Shown in pieces: positions 13,260 through 25,977 of a DNA stretch of 64,000 bases. The stretch is taken from contig NMRA01000532.1 of NCBI GenBank assembly GCA_002633005.1, forward strand, positions 114,032 through 178,031, written 5' to 3'. Positions within the stretch are counted from its first letter, which is position 1; every line of letters starts with the position of its first letter. The translations under genes were made by a program, and so were the position numbers. This stretch comes from Phoronis australis (lineage: Eukaryota; Animalia; Phoronida). The notes below the pieces were generated by a model. It saw only the letters and a program-made list of their open reading frames with translations. It had not been told where the DNA came from and made no database searches.

Positions 13260-13850
13260 TGGATGTCAACCAACTAGTTAGGTGCACACCTTACTTGGAT
13301 GACAACCAACAAGCAGACGCCACCTTGTGGTTGGTTGACATCCAACATAGCTTCGTAAAGCTTTAAAGAGAAAGATAGTTGGTTAGTTGGTTGACATGCA
13401 ACATCCAATATCTGCCCCACTTTGTGGTCAAATGACGAAGCTATACTAAGGGACAGACAGTTGGTTAGTTGATTGACATCTAACATCCAATATCTGCTCC
13501 ACCTGGTGGTCAAACGATCAGTGGCTAGGGGCGGATCCAGGATTTTGATTTGGGGGGGCAGGGNACGAGTATCAGCCATATTCCTTTTTTCCCACACACA
13601 CCCGCTAGACGTCTCTACGGTCCATGGAACAACAATGGCCACCAGTGGCCGTCCAATAGGATTTCGCAAGGTGAAACGTCTCCCTCTCTACGGTCTCTGA
13701 TACAACTAACATATACACTGTAGTTAGTTGGCTAACATCCAACATCCAATAGCTGCCCCACCTGGTGGATAAACGATCACTGACAGATACTGCTATGAGG
13801 TAGTTAGTTGGTTGACATTCAGCATCCAATAGCTGCTTCATCTGGTGTTA
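13260..13850. repeat. Degenerate tandem repeat (~70-80 bp unit) interrupted by a MITE fragment
   Basis: Recurrent tagttggttgacatccaacatccaata..ccacctggtgg..aaacgatca at ~13330, 13385, 13465, 13725, 13805. Confidence 0.75.
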
Positions 13851-13939
13851 CATCAAATCTGAACGATGTTTAGTTTCGAAAATATATTTTGAAAATGCAT
13901 AAACAGTCGATTAGTGAAATATACTGTTTTAAGATAGGT

Positions 13940-15085
13940 ACATTTGTAAAACGGGGTCACCCACTCACTGTTTTTTTCATATTGTGAATATCAACACGTC
14001 CGGGTATTTGTTTGACTTTCGTAAGCAGACAAACGCTGAAAACTTCAACGCTAGATGACGCGGGACCGCGCAGAAGCGGAAACAATAAGATCGTTCACGA
14101 TTTCAGGGCACTCACGAATTTAGGACCTCCGACAGTATCATCAAAAGCCCCTGACAAAAATGTGATGGTTTTGGGTTTGGCCCATGCAGCAAGCATTTCT
14201 GAATCACTCAAGATTCTTACAGGAATAGCTCAGAACTCCAGAGTAATTGATTGAAGTTCAATCGATTTTAATAATGGCCAAGGCTCGAACATTCCTTGGC
14301 CTACATGTATATATATTCACAGAAACGGCAACACAGCTAATGTCTTCAAATGTGCAGGCAAGAGTCAAAGCCCTGCTGTTGGACATTTGACAACATCACC
14401 ATCATTATTCGCAACAGCAAAAAGTAAGACATCGTGTTACTGATCACTCTCGACAGTCACACAGCTCAGAACATGGCATGCATCTGACGTCAAGCAAGAG
14501 CACATTTTTGCGCCAGCCACATTAAAAACTGTAAACTTATGGAAAATATTGACAACATTCTGTCGTGCATCTTGTGTGCTCAGTGTGAGTGCCACAACTG
14601 TATGCATCGCGTCCTTGACCTTATGACAATAGTATAATGAAAGTGATGTTGGTGAATTCAGTGAAGAAGCATTGGAAATGTTAAGATGTCCATATTTTTA
14701 TTTAGATATCAAATCCTTTTCAAGTAAAAATATTGCTCTATTGAAGTGAACTCGGAATATAACAGAGTCCTTCGACCAACAGGAGGCGCTGATAAAATAA
14801 AACTTTTCCCATCTTTTTTAACTAGTGGCTTCAAATGAATAAAACAAAAAAATAGTCATTCAATTTTTGCTCAGTGTTTTGGTTTTTATTTTTTTTTGTG
14901 CCAAATTTTGCAAAATGTCAAATTTTTAGGTCAAATGTCTCAAAAACGTGCGAGCCGAACCTTGGGACCTTTTTAGATTCCTAAAGTATGTTACTTAATG
15001 AGACTAAAACCACCAAAATAACATTGCCTCCAAAAGTAGACACGGAAGTGATTGTCCAGGCTTCCTAGAGCTGAATGGACTGTGG
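13940..15085 (+). mobile_element. Possible decayed repetitive element with PIN/5'-nuclease-like and Cys-rich remnants
   Basis: Fragments APDKNVMVLGLAH (cf. SPDTDVxVL), ARTFLGLH, and ILSCILCAQCECHNC followed by an acidic tail; many disruptions. Confidence 0.3.
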
Positions 15086-15706
15086 TCTAGAATATTACAG
15101 TTAGCATAGTTAATTTGCTGTCTTGTGTTTGCTTAGCTTGTGTGTATCCCAATAAATAAATAAAACTTGTATGAATTCGTTTCGCGTTAGCTGTCAAAAC
15201 TGCTTCTCGTTTGCTTTCTTGTTCACCTGAGTTTCTAAGTGGCCAGACCTATTCATTTCTCTCTCTACCGTAAACTTTTCCCGTGAATGGAAAATATCAA
15301 CGTGGGAAGTGAAGTCCTCAATACAAACCAAGATTGTTACACATTAGTTGACATGACGTGTAGCTCCACAGACTCATCAGTGTACATGTATTACATTAGG
15401 ACATTCGCTACTACACGGGAGATGGGAAAGATGAGAGTATCCTCGAAGGATGCTGTACTGTTGACGATTTGATTTACAATGAAGTGCGTGGTGCATAAGC
15501 GTAACAACACATTTCAGTTGGGAGGAGACTCATTTTGCTAGGATCAGGCTAATCGCGTGAATGGAGGGGTAACGTGATGATCCTTATCCGCCTCAGCATG
15601 CTGTTAACTTGTCACATCTACATTGTACAAAACGTTCAGTGGCTGTTCTGCACAATCACCGGCTTTATGATATTATCACAATGAGGCCAATACAAGCATA
15701 GCTGAT

Positions 15707-15849
15707 TCTGCCTCTCGTTCAGTAACGCTAGGACCTCGCTAAAAAGAAACACTTCGCGAGATTACTCGAGATAAATGAGAACATGTGACTTTGTCTAGAT
15801 TTTAGCTAGGTCCTAGCGTAGGTTCTAGCGTTACTGATCGCACGCCTGG
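15707..15849 (-). mobile_element. ~145 bp MITE-like repeat (CAGGCGTGCGTTCAGTAAC...GTTACTGAACGGGAGGCAG family)
   Basis: Subterminal inverted repeats gttcagtaacgctaggacct / aggttctagcgttactga. Other copies at 5671-5822, ~7972, 32550-33367 and 49857-50657. Confidence 0.8.
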
Positions 15850-17299
15850 TCTGTGTTTAGTGAAAATTTAGGCGGTAGCTCGGAATTTTTTTTGTTGCTA
15901 CATTTTTAAAAACGAATCTTCACCTGAGACAAGCAAAATGAAGCGAAGTTCATTTTTTACGTAAGGCTTGGCAAATCGTGCCGTTGCAAACCTTGGTTAA
16001 CCTTGTGCCTTTGGACAGCTTCACCAGACCTTGAATGAAACTGATACACGCGGGCGTTTCGTTTTAGTCGGTGAATGCAGGTGTCAAAATGAGTCTCGTA
16101 CACACCAGAACCAACGAAGGTTTTTGGCCCAGTCTATAGAAAGCATAGGCATACAACGCAACTGGCCCTTCCGGAACAACTAAAATCACGACAAACAGGG
16201 GCTGGACTGCATCAGCCACATTATATTCGCCATGTTGACTGTTTGCATCTGTTGACGACACAAATAAACATCACACCTGTCTCTAGGTTACCCTAATTTA
16301 CACGCCAACAGGGCAGAAACCTTTGCAATTATAAGCTTCGTGAACTACTTCGCATCCACAGTTTTTCCACAAGCACTCACTAGTTTTTGAGCCACAGATG
16401 AACTAACCTCCCCCAGATTTCATATTTTCTCATTTTTGAGACTATTTTGACTGAACAATTACTAGTTGCTGTCACCTATACACACTTTTTTGCTCAGTCG
16501 TAGTTTTTCTTAAACCTTTACTTCTTGCAAGCGGGACGTTGAACCTTAGTAGGAATTTCAGGTACCCTTCAGCAGGTCTACACTCACTTTTATCTTTTTT
16601 CCATAATCTGGATGGTTTTAGCAATCTGAGCGCACTATCTCGATCTTCTTAGTTCGCAAGAATCGCACGCGAATGGTGGCTTTGGGGTGAAAGTTGTTGA
16701 TTTGGTGTATTTTGTTCCTGTTTAAAAGTAGCTGGCTGCATTGGCTGTGCAGTGTAGTTGTAAAAGAAAGAGAAATTGGATTCGCTTTTAGTGGCTTTGT
16801 ACGCGGTTTTTTGAAGTCTTTAACTCACTATAATGATCACATTTTCAGCTTTTGTACATGTGGAACAAAGTGTTGGAGCTGCCAAGACCTGGCTTTTCAA
16901 GCCCCAAAACCAGCAAGAATTGTTGAGTGCCATCTACACCTTATGTATATGGTAGTGTCTAGTCGGGCGATTGATTAAAGAGCATGGGATATTATCCAAT
17001 CACTATTATACATACCACCAACGTAATCTAAGCTCGTCTGCCGAAGTTTACGGAAAATTTCGTCATTGACGCGACCACGAGTCAGCTTGATGTGAGTACA
17101 ACGTATCAAGCGCCTGTAACGGTAAATTGGTGTCCTCCACATATACATTCTCAATTGAAACTTACAGTAAAGAGCCCCTCATCAGCAGGGGATAGCTAAA
17201 AGAACCCAGCCCCCGAGAGTAAATATATCTACATGCACGTTAATCCATACAAATCCAAAGCCAGTTGAATGCAACACGTACCTTATCTTTAAACCCTGC

Positions 17300-18520
17300 A
17301 GCTACTTCTACCAATAGAAGTAAAACAATAGTGGCGATGTTCAACTTGAAGCAGAAGTGGACTGTAAATTCTTTGAAGCTCTATGGTACCGAACTCCTAC
17401 TCCAAAAAAGTCACCTACCTAGGTGTTACTCTCCACCATCGCCTTTTTTGGACACCTCACGTGGTGGAGAAGATAACCACGGCCAAGTCGGCCCTGGTAA
17501 GGTTGGCTGAGTAGTGGGTAAAACTTGGGTACTCTCCCCAAGAATTGCTTTTATGTTACTTCTGCTTGGCCGGGGACACCTACAGCTGCAATGGAAATGC
17601 TTATTGGTTTGTTGCCATCCCTGCATTAGAACCTCAGCGGTGAAGCTGTGCTTGCAGCTTACCGTATGAAGTGTAAGGGGCAGTGGAGTAATGTGCGAAT
17701 CACTTATACTGTTGCTTACAAAAACCATCTTGATGTATGCAGCAGGTTAATGTCAGAAACTGGAACACTTTTGGCAATGCCGAGAGCTATTTTAATGACG
17801 ACCCTAAATCACAGACACAATTTTTATACAGAAATTGCATATGGTCACGGAATCATTGATTGCAATTACCAACAGTCTGTTTGTTACTCTGATGGCTCGA
17901 AACTTGACAACAGGCATTCAGGACTCGCAGCAGAAGGAGAAGTGCACCTTGTTTTATACCAGAACATTGCATACCAGTTGCCTATAGGTGCTGCAGAGTA
18001 AAGGTAAGACGCTGGGTGCGCAACCTGTCAGTGGATCCATGGAGGAAGCTCTCCGTCTGCTGACAAACCAAACAACTACATTGTGTTTCCAAGTCATATT
18101 GAACAAAAATATTCAAAGAAACTGTTATGTTTAGATGTGCTTGCCATCAGGCAGTTGATTCAGGTTATTACTGGACACTGCAACTTAGCTCGGCACCGTA
18201 ACATTACAGGCCACATGGCATGTTCATTGTGTTCCAACTGTGGCTTGGAGGCCGAGACTCCTCAACATCTGGTGGAGATTTTCCCTACCTATAATAGACA
18301 CCATAATCTACTACTTGATGGACACATAACGTGCCTGCTTGACATTGTTAGTTCATGCAGGTTTAATAGTCTTTTTGTCTTTCTGAAACAATCAAGTAGA
18401 TTGGAAGATTTTACTTATGAGGAAATCGGTGACGTCGATTCCCCACTAGTCATAATCAGGTTATTAGTGCAATGGGCCCGGCCTTCTGGCCTAAACACGC
18501 CTGACGTACCGCAAAAGGCA
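17300..18520 (+). mobile_element. Decayed 3' part of an RNase H-containing non-LTR retrotransposon (Loa/I-group-like)
   Basis: VCYSDGSK (RNase H first acidic motif) at ~17880 and C-terminal QVITGHCNLARH...CSLCSNCGLEAETPQH zinc-knuckle motif; frameshifted. Confidence 0.75.
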
Positions 18521-19534
18521 TCAGGCCATCTGTACTCTTGTTTACATGTACTTCTACCACTCTCAGCGAATTCAAACTACAAAGCGTAACATGTTTCGAC
18601 GAAAGTATTTGTGGTAGCTTCGCAATTCTTGACCAATACTTAATTATTTAGGTTACCATATAAGCTTAATTGTACTGGGAATTTCATTAATTCAGTCCTT
18701 ACCAGCGGCCATGTTCGATGTTCGTACGGCCAAAAATGTGCAGACGTTGTTATGCAAAAATTCTATATCCTCGCCCACATGGAAAACCCATAACTCACAA
18801 CCACACGTGAGAATTGATAATATTTTAGCGTCAAGCAATCTCAATCAACCTGTAACTGGCTCAAAGGGGGAAGGTTTTCTTGTGCTTTTTAAGCACCAAA
18901 AAATGCCTTGCAAGTTTTTCGGACAGGTTCTTTTGACCAGTTGTTCAGATCACTTTGACTGCAAATTGCATAGTATACGTGTACTGTAAACTGTGACTTG
19001 ATGTTACGTGTACCTTGTTGCTCTCTAAAACACTTTGCGTAACGTCCCAGATAACTATCATTTTTAATTACCATTCTTTTCGACCGTCAATTTCCATTTT
19101 GGCAGTGCCTTTCTAATTGGCATTTTGGTCTCTGCATTGAGAGCGTAGGTTATTCAAACATCGCTGGGTTGTGAGCAAACAATAGCATGCATACTCTCCA
19201 TACAACGACCATGGTTACGATTCTTGCAATTATCTTAATGTACGATCGGATGGGTAATTTTGTTGAAGTGTTCACGGTTAGACTAGCGCATATTGTTCAC
19301 AATCCTATCGAGTAATCAGCATCCATTACCCACCATTATGCAGCTAAATGTCATGTTTGGAGAACGGTAGCAATCTCAAAATCACATCCTGCACCTGCAA
19401 ATTGTAGTCAAACGTAACATATTGATCAACGACGTCGGTTGGACCAAGTTTTATCACCAAGAACAGACAGACTAAACATAGATAAAGAAATTAGCAGCAA
19501 CTGTAAAAACTTTTTTCTTGAATTACGAAAAGAA

Positions 19535-22108
19535 ATGAAAAATAAGGAGCATTTGTCTGAATTCTGCGACACAACATCCTGCCACGGAGCGTCTCAAATT
19601 TACAACGACAAGTATGGCAAAGTACTTCGCATTGGAATGGTAAGTTATCCGATTCTTTATAAAACAACTGTACTTGGACTTCCACACAAGTGAATATCCA
19701 GATGAATCAATGGCTACATGAAGATGACGAACAGTACTGAAATCAAAATAGGGGACATTATTTCTAGATGGCAAAATTATCAATCACATATTCTGAAACT
19801 TAATGTGAAAGATTTCCTGGCGTTGCGGATCCAACTGGCTTCTACTGATTTTAACTCATCAGTGTTTGAGCACCTTCCCGACACGGAAAACTCGTTCGAG
19901 ACATAGAAAATGAGGGTGTGACCCATACATGTCAACCAATACGGGAATTACGCATTTGCTGCGCAATCTTGCCGTTTCTGTAGTGCTACGACATAACTCC
20001 AAATGTGTCGCGTTTTCGGTGATTAATACGCATTTTGCCCATTTTCATAATAAAGTTTCTTTTGTCGAAAAGATCTCAAATCACGAGCCTCGCTCGACAG
20101 GGCCAAATGAGTTACCAACGAGTATAACAACACTCATAAATACTACATGTTGATGTAAGAGCTTCTAATAATTAAGTACGTATGCTTGACATTATTTTGA
20201 CTCGTTTTCGTAAGTGATATGATTTGCTATGTTATTCATCTAAATTACGGCTGCAGGCCCTGCAGCTTTCGTCTACGAACCTTGGCAGAGGGACCCAATC
20301 AATCATCGTTCAAACGCAAATTGAGCACGAGGCTCGGCAACGTCAGAAAAACTAAATTTCAGTATGGTATATTTCAGAGGTGGCACATTTAAATTTGTTC
20401 GGAGGTTGGAGTTGGTTGGAATTAACCTGTATTGTTATTAACCCTAAATTAGTATTTCATTATTTCGCAAACAACCGGTCACCGAGTCACTTCGTGTTCC
20501 TTCAAGTTCATTGAGAAGTTCAAAAACTATTCATCACCAGTACGACAGTAGTCTGCGTAATTACTGTGGTGCCTGTTGCTTCCGATAATCTTGACTAGTG
20601 TCTTCCGTTACGATACCCTCAACAAATCCTTTGGTGTAGAATCAGCCACTGTGAACGCAACCATCCCCAGAAACTTTACTCAAGTTTGAAGTTATCGAAT
20701 TTTGCTTGACTTAAACTTGACCTACTCATCATTCTAGGTAGTACTGCTAGTCGGTAGTCTCACGACAGCAGCAGCCAATGTGGTGTTGTCTATCAGAAAC
20801 TACTATAGATATCCATACCACCAGACGGTGGAGAAGATATACACAGCTGACAAGCCGTTCCCCAGTGTCTCAGTTTGTAATATGGAGGCCGCCACATCGA
20901 GCCAAGCTCTTAATGTTTTCATGCAACTTATACCTGTCTTCAGAAAGTGTCTATCAGATGACATTTTCAGGTATACCGAAAAAAACAAGAAATATGGAGG
21001 CTTTCCTATGTTTTACGATAACGTTGACACAATTGGTGACTACACGTGGAAACTGGAGGATATCGTAATTGACTGTAAGTACGACAGCAAGAAGTGCAAC
21101 GACAGCAAAATAACCGAGTTTTTAAATCCCTATTACGGACGATGTTTCACGTTCAGCATGGACGACAATGCTATGAAAAAAATTGGCGACGAGAACGGAC
21201 TATCGCTGATCCTATATTCGTATTCTCCAAGTTTACAACAACATACAAACATGGCGTCCAAGTATTCCACTTTGACAGATCTTAACTCTCACGGTCTCAG
21301 AGTAATTGTGCATAATAAAGGAGAGTTTGTAAATCCGTCGGTGAATTCCATCAAAATAGCGCCAGGATTGTCCACGTCCATTGCAGTTCACCCGTTGAAA
21401 ACAAGGCGACTTGGTCCTCCGTTTAAGTCTAATTGCACCGATAACAGTGGGAATTCGAAAGCAAATTGTCTACTTGCTTGTAAACAGTCTCATGTAGTCG
21501 ATAGATGTCACTGCAAAGATTCAGACCTGCCGATACACCGGCATCCTCTAGTGTCATTCTGTGGTAATATTACGGCTATTGTCAATTGCACTTACGAAAA
21601 ATGGTCAAACCAAGTTGATTGTATGTTGAAATCAAAGAACGAATTCCAGCTAAATTATTATCAGTACTGTGACTGTCAGGAAACTTGCGAAGAGTACAGT
21701 TTTAAGTTAAGTCAGTCTGCGTTTATTTGGCCCAATAACTTTGCCCCAGCTGCATTTTACAGGCAATATGTCAAGAACAAGACTTCGTCTATCGCCTTCA
21801 AGGAAATGTCGAAATACAGCATGGACTTTATGTTGAGCAAAAAGTTAATCAACCAACACTTTGCGCAGGTGAACGTTTTCTTCAATAACGACGAAGTCGA
21901 AGAGATTACCGAGACAGCTAAGTATCCCAATTGGACATGGAGCTTGCTGTCAGAAATTGGAGGCCATTTGGGCTTTTGGTGCGGCGTTTCTATTCTGACA
22001 CTAACCGATGCCGTATTTTTCGGATTGAACGTCATTCTCAATGGGCGAAAATCACGTGGAGTCACAAGCGATTTCAATGTAAGACAAGTCAAGAATGATG
22101 AGAAATGA
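19535..22108 (+). CDS. DEG/ENaC-family (ASIC/FaNaC-like) channel subunit, paralogue type A; exons 19535-19639 and 20738-22108, ~491 aa
   Basis: Exon 1 MKNKEHLSEFCDTTSCHG carries the conserved HG motif and ends ATG|GTAAG. Phase-0 acceptor ttctag|GTA. FPSVSVCN, YGRCFTF, GLSLIL, GLRVIVH, Cys-rich thumb, TM2 LLSEIGGHLGFWCGVSILT with GxS filter. Confidence 0.95.
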
Positions 22109-22235
22109 TGCTATGAATCTAATTCACGTACATGTTATGTGTTCATACCATTTATATTCATGTAGAAATGTAGAACGGCATGTACATGTACACATACTTT
22201 TGATGTGAGGAAGAGGCTAGCATATAATACTAATG

Positions 22236-22496
22236 CATGCACGCACCCAGGGGGCGCGGGGGGCTCCAACAAGCTCCCTATTTGGCGAAGCGGGCAAAAA
22301 AAATCCTATTCAAAGAAATAAGAATTCCCAAAATAGTAGAAAACTGGAGAAAATTTCCACTAAAAAGGCAAGAACTACCAAATATCGGTGAAAGCACAAC
22401 TCATAGCTGTGAAAGTACCCAGATAATCGTCTTTTTTAGCAAAAGGTCCACTCTCAAATTCGAGTCCCCCCGAGTTTTAGGCTGTGTGCGCCCATG
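22236..22496. mobile_element. MITE (CATG(G/C)(G/A)CGCAC termini); duplicate at ~40193-40450
   Basis: catgcacgcacccag ... ctgtgtgcgcccatg imperfect TIRs. Confidence 0.7.
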
Positions 22497-23657
22497 CAGT
22501 GTGGCAAGTCATATAGGTAGCTAGCTAGTTCATGAAGCTACTTACACGTATTCAGAGGCGAACACGAGTTGTGTTGTTCAGTGACCACATGGATACCACA
22601 TGGACATAACTGAGCATCCATTGCGACTTGATCAAATTGTTGATTTCGTTCAAAACTATATGAGAATGACAAACCTCTGAAAACAACATGGCATCTTTCT
22701 AGCAAGTTGAACTCGTTCCACATACTGGTTGATTCCCGTTGACATTTTCAAACAGCAAACTCACGCAGTTACTGATGGCTAATAGCGGCATACCAATGAC
22801 ATGGCCCATGGGAGAGAGGGAAATCTCATTAATACTGCTAGAATACGCTATACATATAAATATAGAAAGGAATTTTCGTACAAGCAGTAGGTATTAAAAA
22901 GAAGCTTGTTCTAGAAATTTCCGTACATTATTTAGTTATGTTTGTGTCAGGTGTAGCTTATTCTGCATGTGTCACGTGACATATTAGCGAGATTTTGTTG
23001 TCATTTTCCTCTGGTGATGGAAAGTGGCTGTCTAATAAACAGGGTGTTTAACTGTAGTTGTTGTCGTGCTTATGTGAACTGTTGGACACTCGCTCCACTC
23101 TATTGATCAGGACAATCGGAGAGATTTCCGTACGTACTTGCAAGCGGTTAGAAAAAGCCCGGAAGCCCGGGGGAGAGACAGAGCTACAAATGAAGACGCC
23201 CCCTCCCTAGTACACAGGCTGAAAGAAAGCAACGTCCTTTCGATTGAAGTCACCATGCTGTGTCGTGCGCTCACGTCGACTTCTTGCTGCTTTACGGCAT
23301 GTGTGTTATGAACGCGAGAAGGCTCTAATAAAACTATACGGTTGGGTGGGTTGTTTTTGTTGAAATTTCTTTTCACGGTCACTGCAAGGCGAATGCACAT
23401 GATGTACAATTCCATTAAGTAATCGATATCTATTCTCCAAGAGGTACGCCACTTAAAATTCCATGTTTAAACAGATTTAACGATCGTAATATCACGAACT
23501 GCACCAGTATAAAACAAAATCTTTTACAAGTAAAACTTAATGAGCAACGACGACTCACGGATCAAGTTCCATCACTATAGTGAACGGACAAAGCGCACAC
23601 TAACAGCCACATTAGTTTCACCGAGAGGTGGTGCTTTTTATGAGTTACGAAAAGAAA

Positions 23658-25977
23658 ATGGAGAATAAGGAAAACATTTTGTCCGAGTTTTGCGGCACAA
23701 CCTCCTGCCACGGTGCGTCTCAACTCTTGAATGACAAATATGGCAAAATATTACGGATTGGAATGGTAAGTTGCACGTTTTTGTGTAATCTGGCTTTTAA
23801 CTTTAGCGATTATCATTATCGGTTAATTGATGAGTAGATGACGGACATAATTGAGGCACCCAGTTGAATTATTTGATGCAGAAATTATATATCACAACTT
23901 CTAGAACTTCCTGTAACAATTTCCTCGACTTTACTGAGCCGCCTGGCTGTTACTAATCTAAATTCTGCAGTGTTTGATCACCTTAATGACGCGGGACACT
24001 CGTTCAAGACAGCGTACGTGGTGGCGCTGGAGAAAGAGTGATCTTGTTTTAGCTTGGTGTCAAAGAGTGGGTGAAAACCAGGAACTCCTCTTTGAATATG
24101 TCTGGAAGTATTCCTATGTAAATTATACGAGTCATGGGCCAGGGGTATTACGGTGTTGTCTTTGTACATGAGGAGACAGCGAGGGTAGTATTCGTAGGAA
24201 TCAATCTCTCATCAGTTTATTATGAACATCCAGATGGCGCCGCCACGTCGGGAAAACTAAACTACACCAACTTTCAACAGTTGCAATTTTCCTTATTCTC
24301 ACGGAAATATTTGGAATTTAAGCGTACTGTTCAAATTCGTACTGCTAAGAACATTATTATGTCATTGAATCTCTGACAATCCATCCCCAAGATGCCATGT
24401 GTTCCCTAATAATCAACTCGACGACCTTGTTTTGGTGCCAACTGCTGACGATAAACTCGTCACCTATGCCAATGCCCTCGATAAATCCTTAGGTGTACCA
24501 TGTCAAACGGTATGGATCATCTCCAATAACAATGTTACAGTTTGAAGTTCGGCATGAGCTAATTAGAGATGAGTAAAACCATGATTCCGCCTTACAGGTG
24601 ATGTTAGTTCTCGCCAGTCTCACGACAGCAGCAGTCAATGTGGTGTTGTCTATCACAAACTACTACACATACCCATTCCACCAAACAGTGGAGAAGACAT
24701 ACACAGCTAACAAGCCCTTCCCCAGTGTTTCAGTTTGTAATATGGCTGCCGGCACGTCGAGTCAGATGGAACAGATTTACGTGAAACTGGTATCTTCAAC
24801 AACATGTCTATCATATGACTTCAGAAAATATCATGAAAAAAATAAGAAATATGGAGGCTATCCACTCGTTTTCGATAATGTTGACGAATTTGGCGACTAC
24901 ACGTGGAAAATGGAGGATATTATAATTGATTGTCAGTACGACAGTAAAAAATGCAACGACAGCAAAATTACAGGGTTTTTAAATCCTTATTACGGGCGAT
25001 GCTTCACGCTCAACATGGACGACAATGCTTTGAAGAAAACTGGAGACGAGAACGGATTATCGTTGATTTTGTATTCTTACACTTATTATTCAAGTTTGAA
25101 AGAACAGATAAAGGGAGCACCGCTTTATTCCTCTTTGGTAGATGCCAACACTCACGGTCTCAGAGTAATTGTGCATAATGAAGGAGAGTTTGTAAATCCG
25201 TCGAGGAATTCTTTAAAAATAGCTCCTGGTCTATCTACATCCATTTCTTTACATCCCGTGAAAATAAAGCGACTTGGTCCTCCGTTTAAGTCTAACTGTA
25301 CCGAGAAAAACTATTCCGAAAAGTATGGGAATTCGAAAGCGAATTGCCTAAGTGCTTGTGAACAGTCTCGTGTAGTCGATAGATGTCACTGCAAAGATTC
25401 AGATCTGCCGACACACCACTACCCTACCGTGCCGTTTTGTGGAAACTTTACAGCTATCGACAACTGCACTCTCGAAAAGTGGTCAAACCAAGTAGATTGT
25501 ATGCTGAAAGCAAAGAACGAATTCCAGCTAAATCATTATCAATACTGTGACTGTCAGGAAGCTTGCGAAGAGTACAGTTTTAAGTTAAGTCAGTCTGCGT
25601 TTATTTGGCCCAATAACTATGCACCCGCTGCCTTTTTCAGGAAGTATGTAGAGAATAAGACTTCGTCTGTCGCCCACAAGGAGATGTCCAAATACAGTAT
25701 GGAGTTTATGTTAAGCAACAAGTTAATCAACCAACACTTTGCGCAAGTGAACGTTTTCTTCAATAACGACGAAGTCGAAGAAATTACCGAGACAGCTAAG
25801 TATCCCAATTGGACGTGGAGCTTGCTATCAGAAATTGGAGGCCATTTGGGCTTTTGGTGCGGCGTTTCTATTCTGACACTGACCGATGCCCTATTTTTCG
25901 GATTGAACGTCATTCTCAATAGGCAAAACCCGCGCAAAGTCACTACCGTTAGACAAGTTAAGAATGATGAAAAATGA
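23658..25977 (+). CDS. DEG/ENaC-family channel subunit, paralogue type B; exons 23658-23765 and 24598-25977, ~495 aa (alternative ATG at 23640)
   Basis: Exon 1 MENKENILSEFCGTTSCHG...RIGM|gtaag, acceptor cttacag|GTG. Same family motifs as the first gene; ORF intact. Confidence 0.95.

Noticed and set aside
19439-19534. N-terminal extensions from TTG/GTG starts in the ORF track (also 23628, 36912, 54775)
   Set aside because: Eukaryotic genes; the ATG before (K/E)NKE is at the same position in all copies and is the likely start.
21757-22092. Conserved minus-strand ORFs (also 25617-25982, 39720-40055)
   Set aside because: Antisense shadows of the conserved TM2-coding region.
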